64,000 nucleotides of DNA. Source: Octopus sinensis (lineage: Eukaryota). The notes below the pieces were generated by a model that did no database searches, was not told the DNA's origin, and worked only from the letters and a program-made list of their open reading frames with translations. This document shows, in pieces, positions 63,060 to 64,000 of this stretch; positions within the stretch are counted from its first letter, which is position 1; each line of letters begins with the position of its first letter. The translations under genes were made by a program, and so were the position numbers. The stretch covers positions 144,832,001 to 144,896,000 of the forward strand of contig NC_042999.1 of assembly GCF_006345805.1 (NCBI RefSeq). The letters run 5' to 3'.

Positions 63060-64000
63060 TATTTCTACCTTCAGTCAATTATGCCTTAAAATTACAGTAG
63101 CTACTAATCTGTCTATAGTTGATTTTTTAGATGTTTCCCTAGACCTGAACTCCTCTTTGTATAAGCTTTGCCATAAACCTAATGAGAAACTTGCCTATAT
63201 ACATAAACAGTCTGTTCACCCTCCTGTAATATTTAGAAACCTGATAGCTAATATTATTAACAAAGTGTCTAACCTCTCTGCCTTTAAAGAAATTTTCAAG
63301 AAAGCAGCCCCCTACTAAAACAATGCCCTAGTCAATAGTAGCTTCAAAGATAAATATATAATCCCACTAATATTTATCAGAATAATAATAATAGACCTGG
63401 TGGCATCAAAGATAAAATAATACACAACCCATCTAATATTAATAAGAATAATAATAAGATACTTAAAAATAGGCCAAGGAAAATTATTTGGTTAACCCTT
63501 CCCTTTTCCCTTAATATAAAAACTACCTAGACAAATATTTTCCAGCAACGCACAGATACAGGAAAATATTTAATAGGCATTCTGTGAAATTATCATACAG
63601 TTGCTGCTCCAATATGAAGAGTATCATTGCACAAGGTCAATACCAAGAGCCTGAATCCAGATGTAACTGTGACAACCCAGGATCTTGTCCATGAGTCCAA
63701 TGATGTACGATTAACTCTGTCATATATGAGTCAGAAGTTACTCCAATGCTCAATGATAATACAACAGATAAGACCTATATTGGATTATGTGAAGAATTTA
63801 AAAATAGCTATGCCAATCACATAGCCATCTTTCGACATAAGGATAAAAGCAAAGCTACTAAGCTGGCAAGACAAGTATGGAGTTTGAAAGCTAACGAAAC
63901 ATCATGTGTAATTAAGTAGAAAATAATTGAGAAATCTACACCTTATGTTAATGGATCAAATAAATGCAGGCTATGTTTAGCTGAAAGAGCTCAGATTCTT
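63060..64000 (+). mobile_element. Decayed Penelope-like element (RT thumb to GIY-YIG), running off the window
   Basis: LKITVATNLSIVDFLDVSLDL...HKPNEKLAYIHKQSVHPP and, at the end, ARQVWSLKAN...IIEKSTPYVNGSNKCRLCLAERAQI, with multiple stops. Confidence 0.85.

Overview
AT-rich, repeat-dense eukaryotic DNA with (TA)n/(CA)n/(CAT)n microsatellites, tRNA-derived SINEs and RTE tails. The repeat landscape suggests an octopod cephalopod, but that is inference. Two host genes are supportable, both on the minus strand. The first is a class II (plant PRS3/PRS4-like) ribose-phosphate pyrophosphokinase, with coding exons at 26388-26227 and 1687-1561, an apparent ~24.5-kb intron, and further exons expected beyond the window's left edge. 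The second is a LYSET/TMEM251 ortholog (43556-43077), which has a degenerate partial self-duplicate just upstream. The rest is transposon-derived: a 5'-truncated Penelope-like element (37028-41026) whose inverted terminal copies each carry a type I hammerhead ribozyme, a near-perfect 322-bp-arm palindrome (54092-54779) carrying a minimal hammerhead with a U3/A8 covariant core, a second decayed Penelope at the right edge, a solo LTR with CTAG TSD, a 1.9-kb foldback element, Tc1/mariner fossils, a Sola-like fragment, a non-autonomous Helitron, piggyBac-type MITEs, and RTE, CR1 and other LINE fragments. Most ORFs in the supplied track are spurious repeat translations. All calls come from reading by eye, with no database searches.
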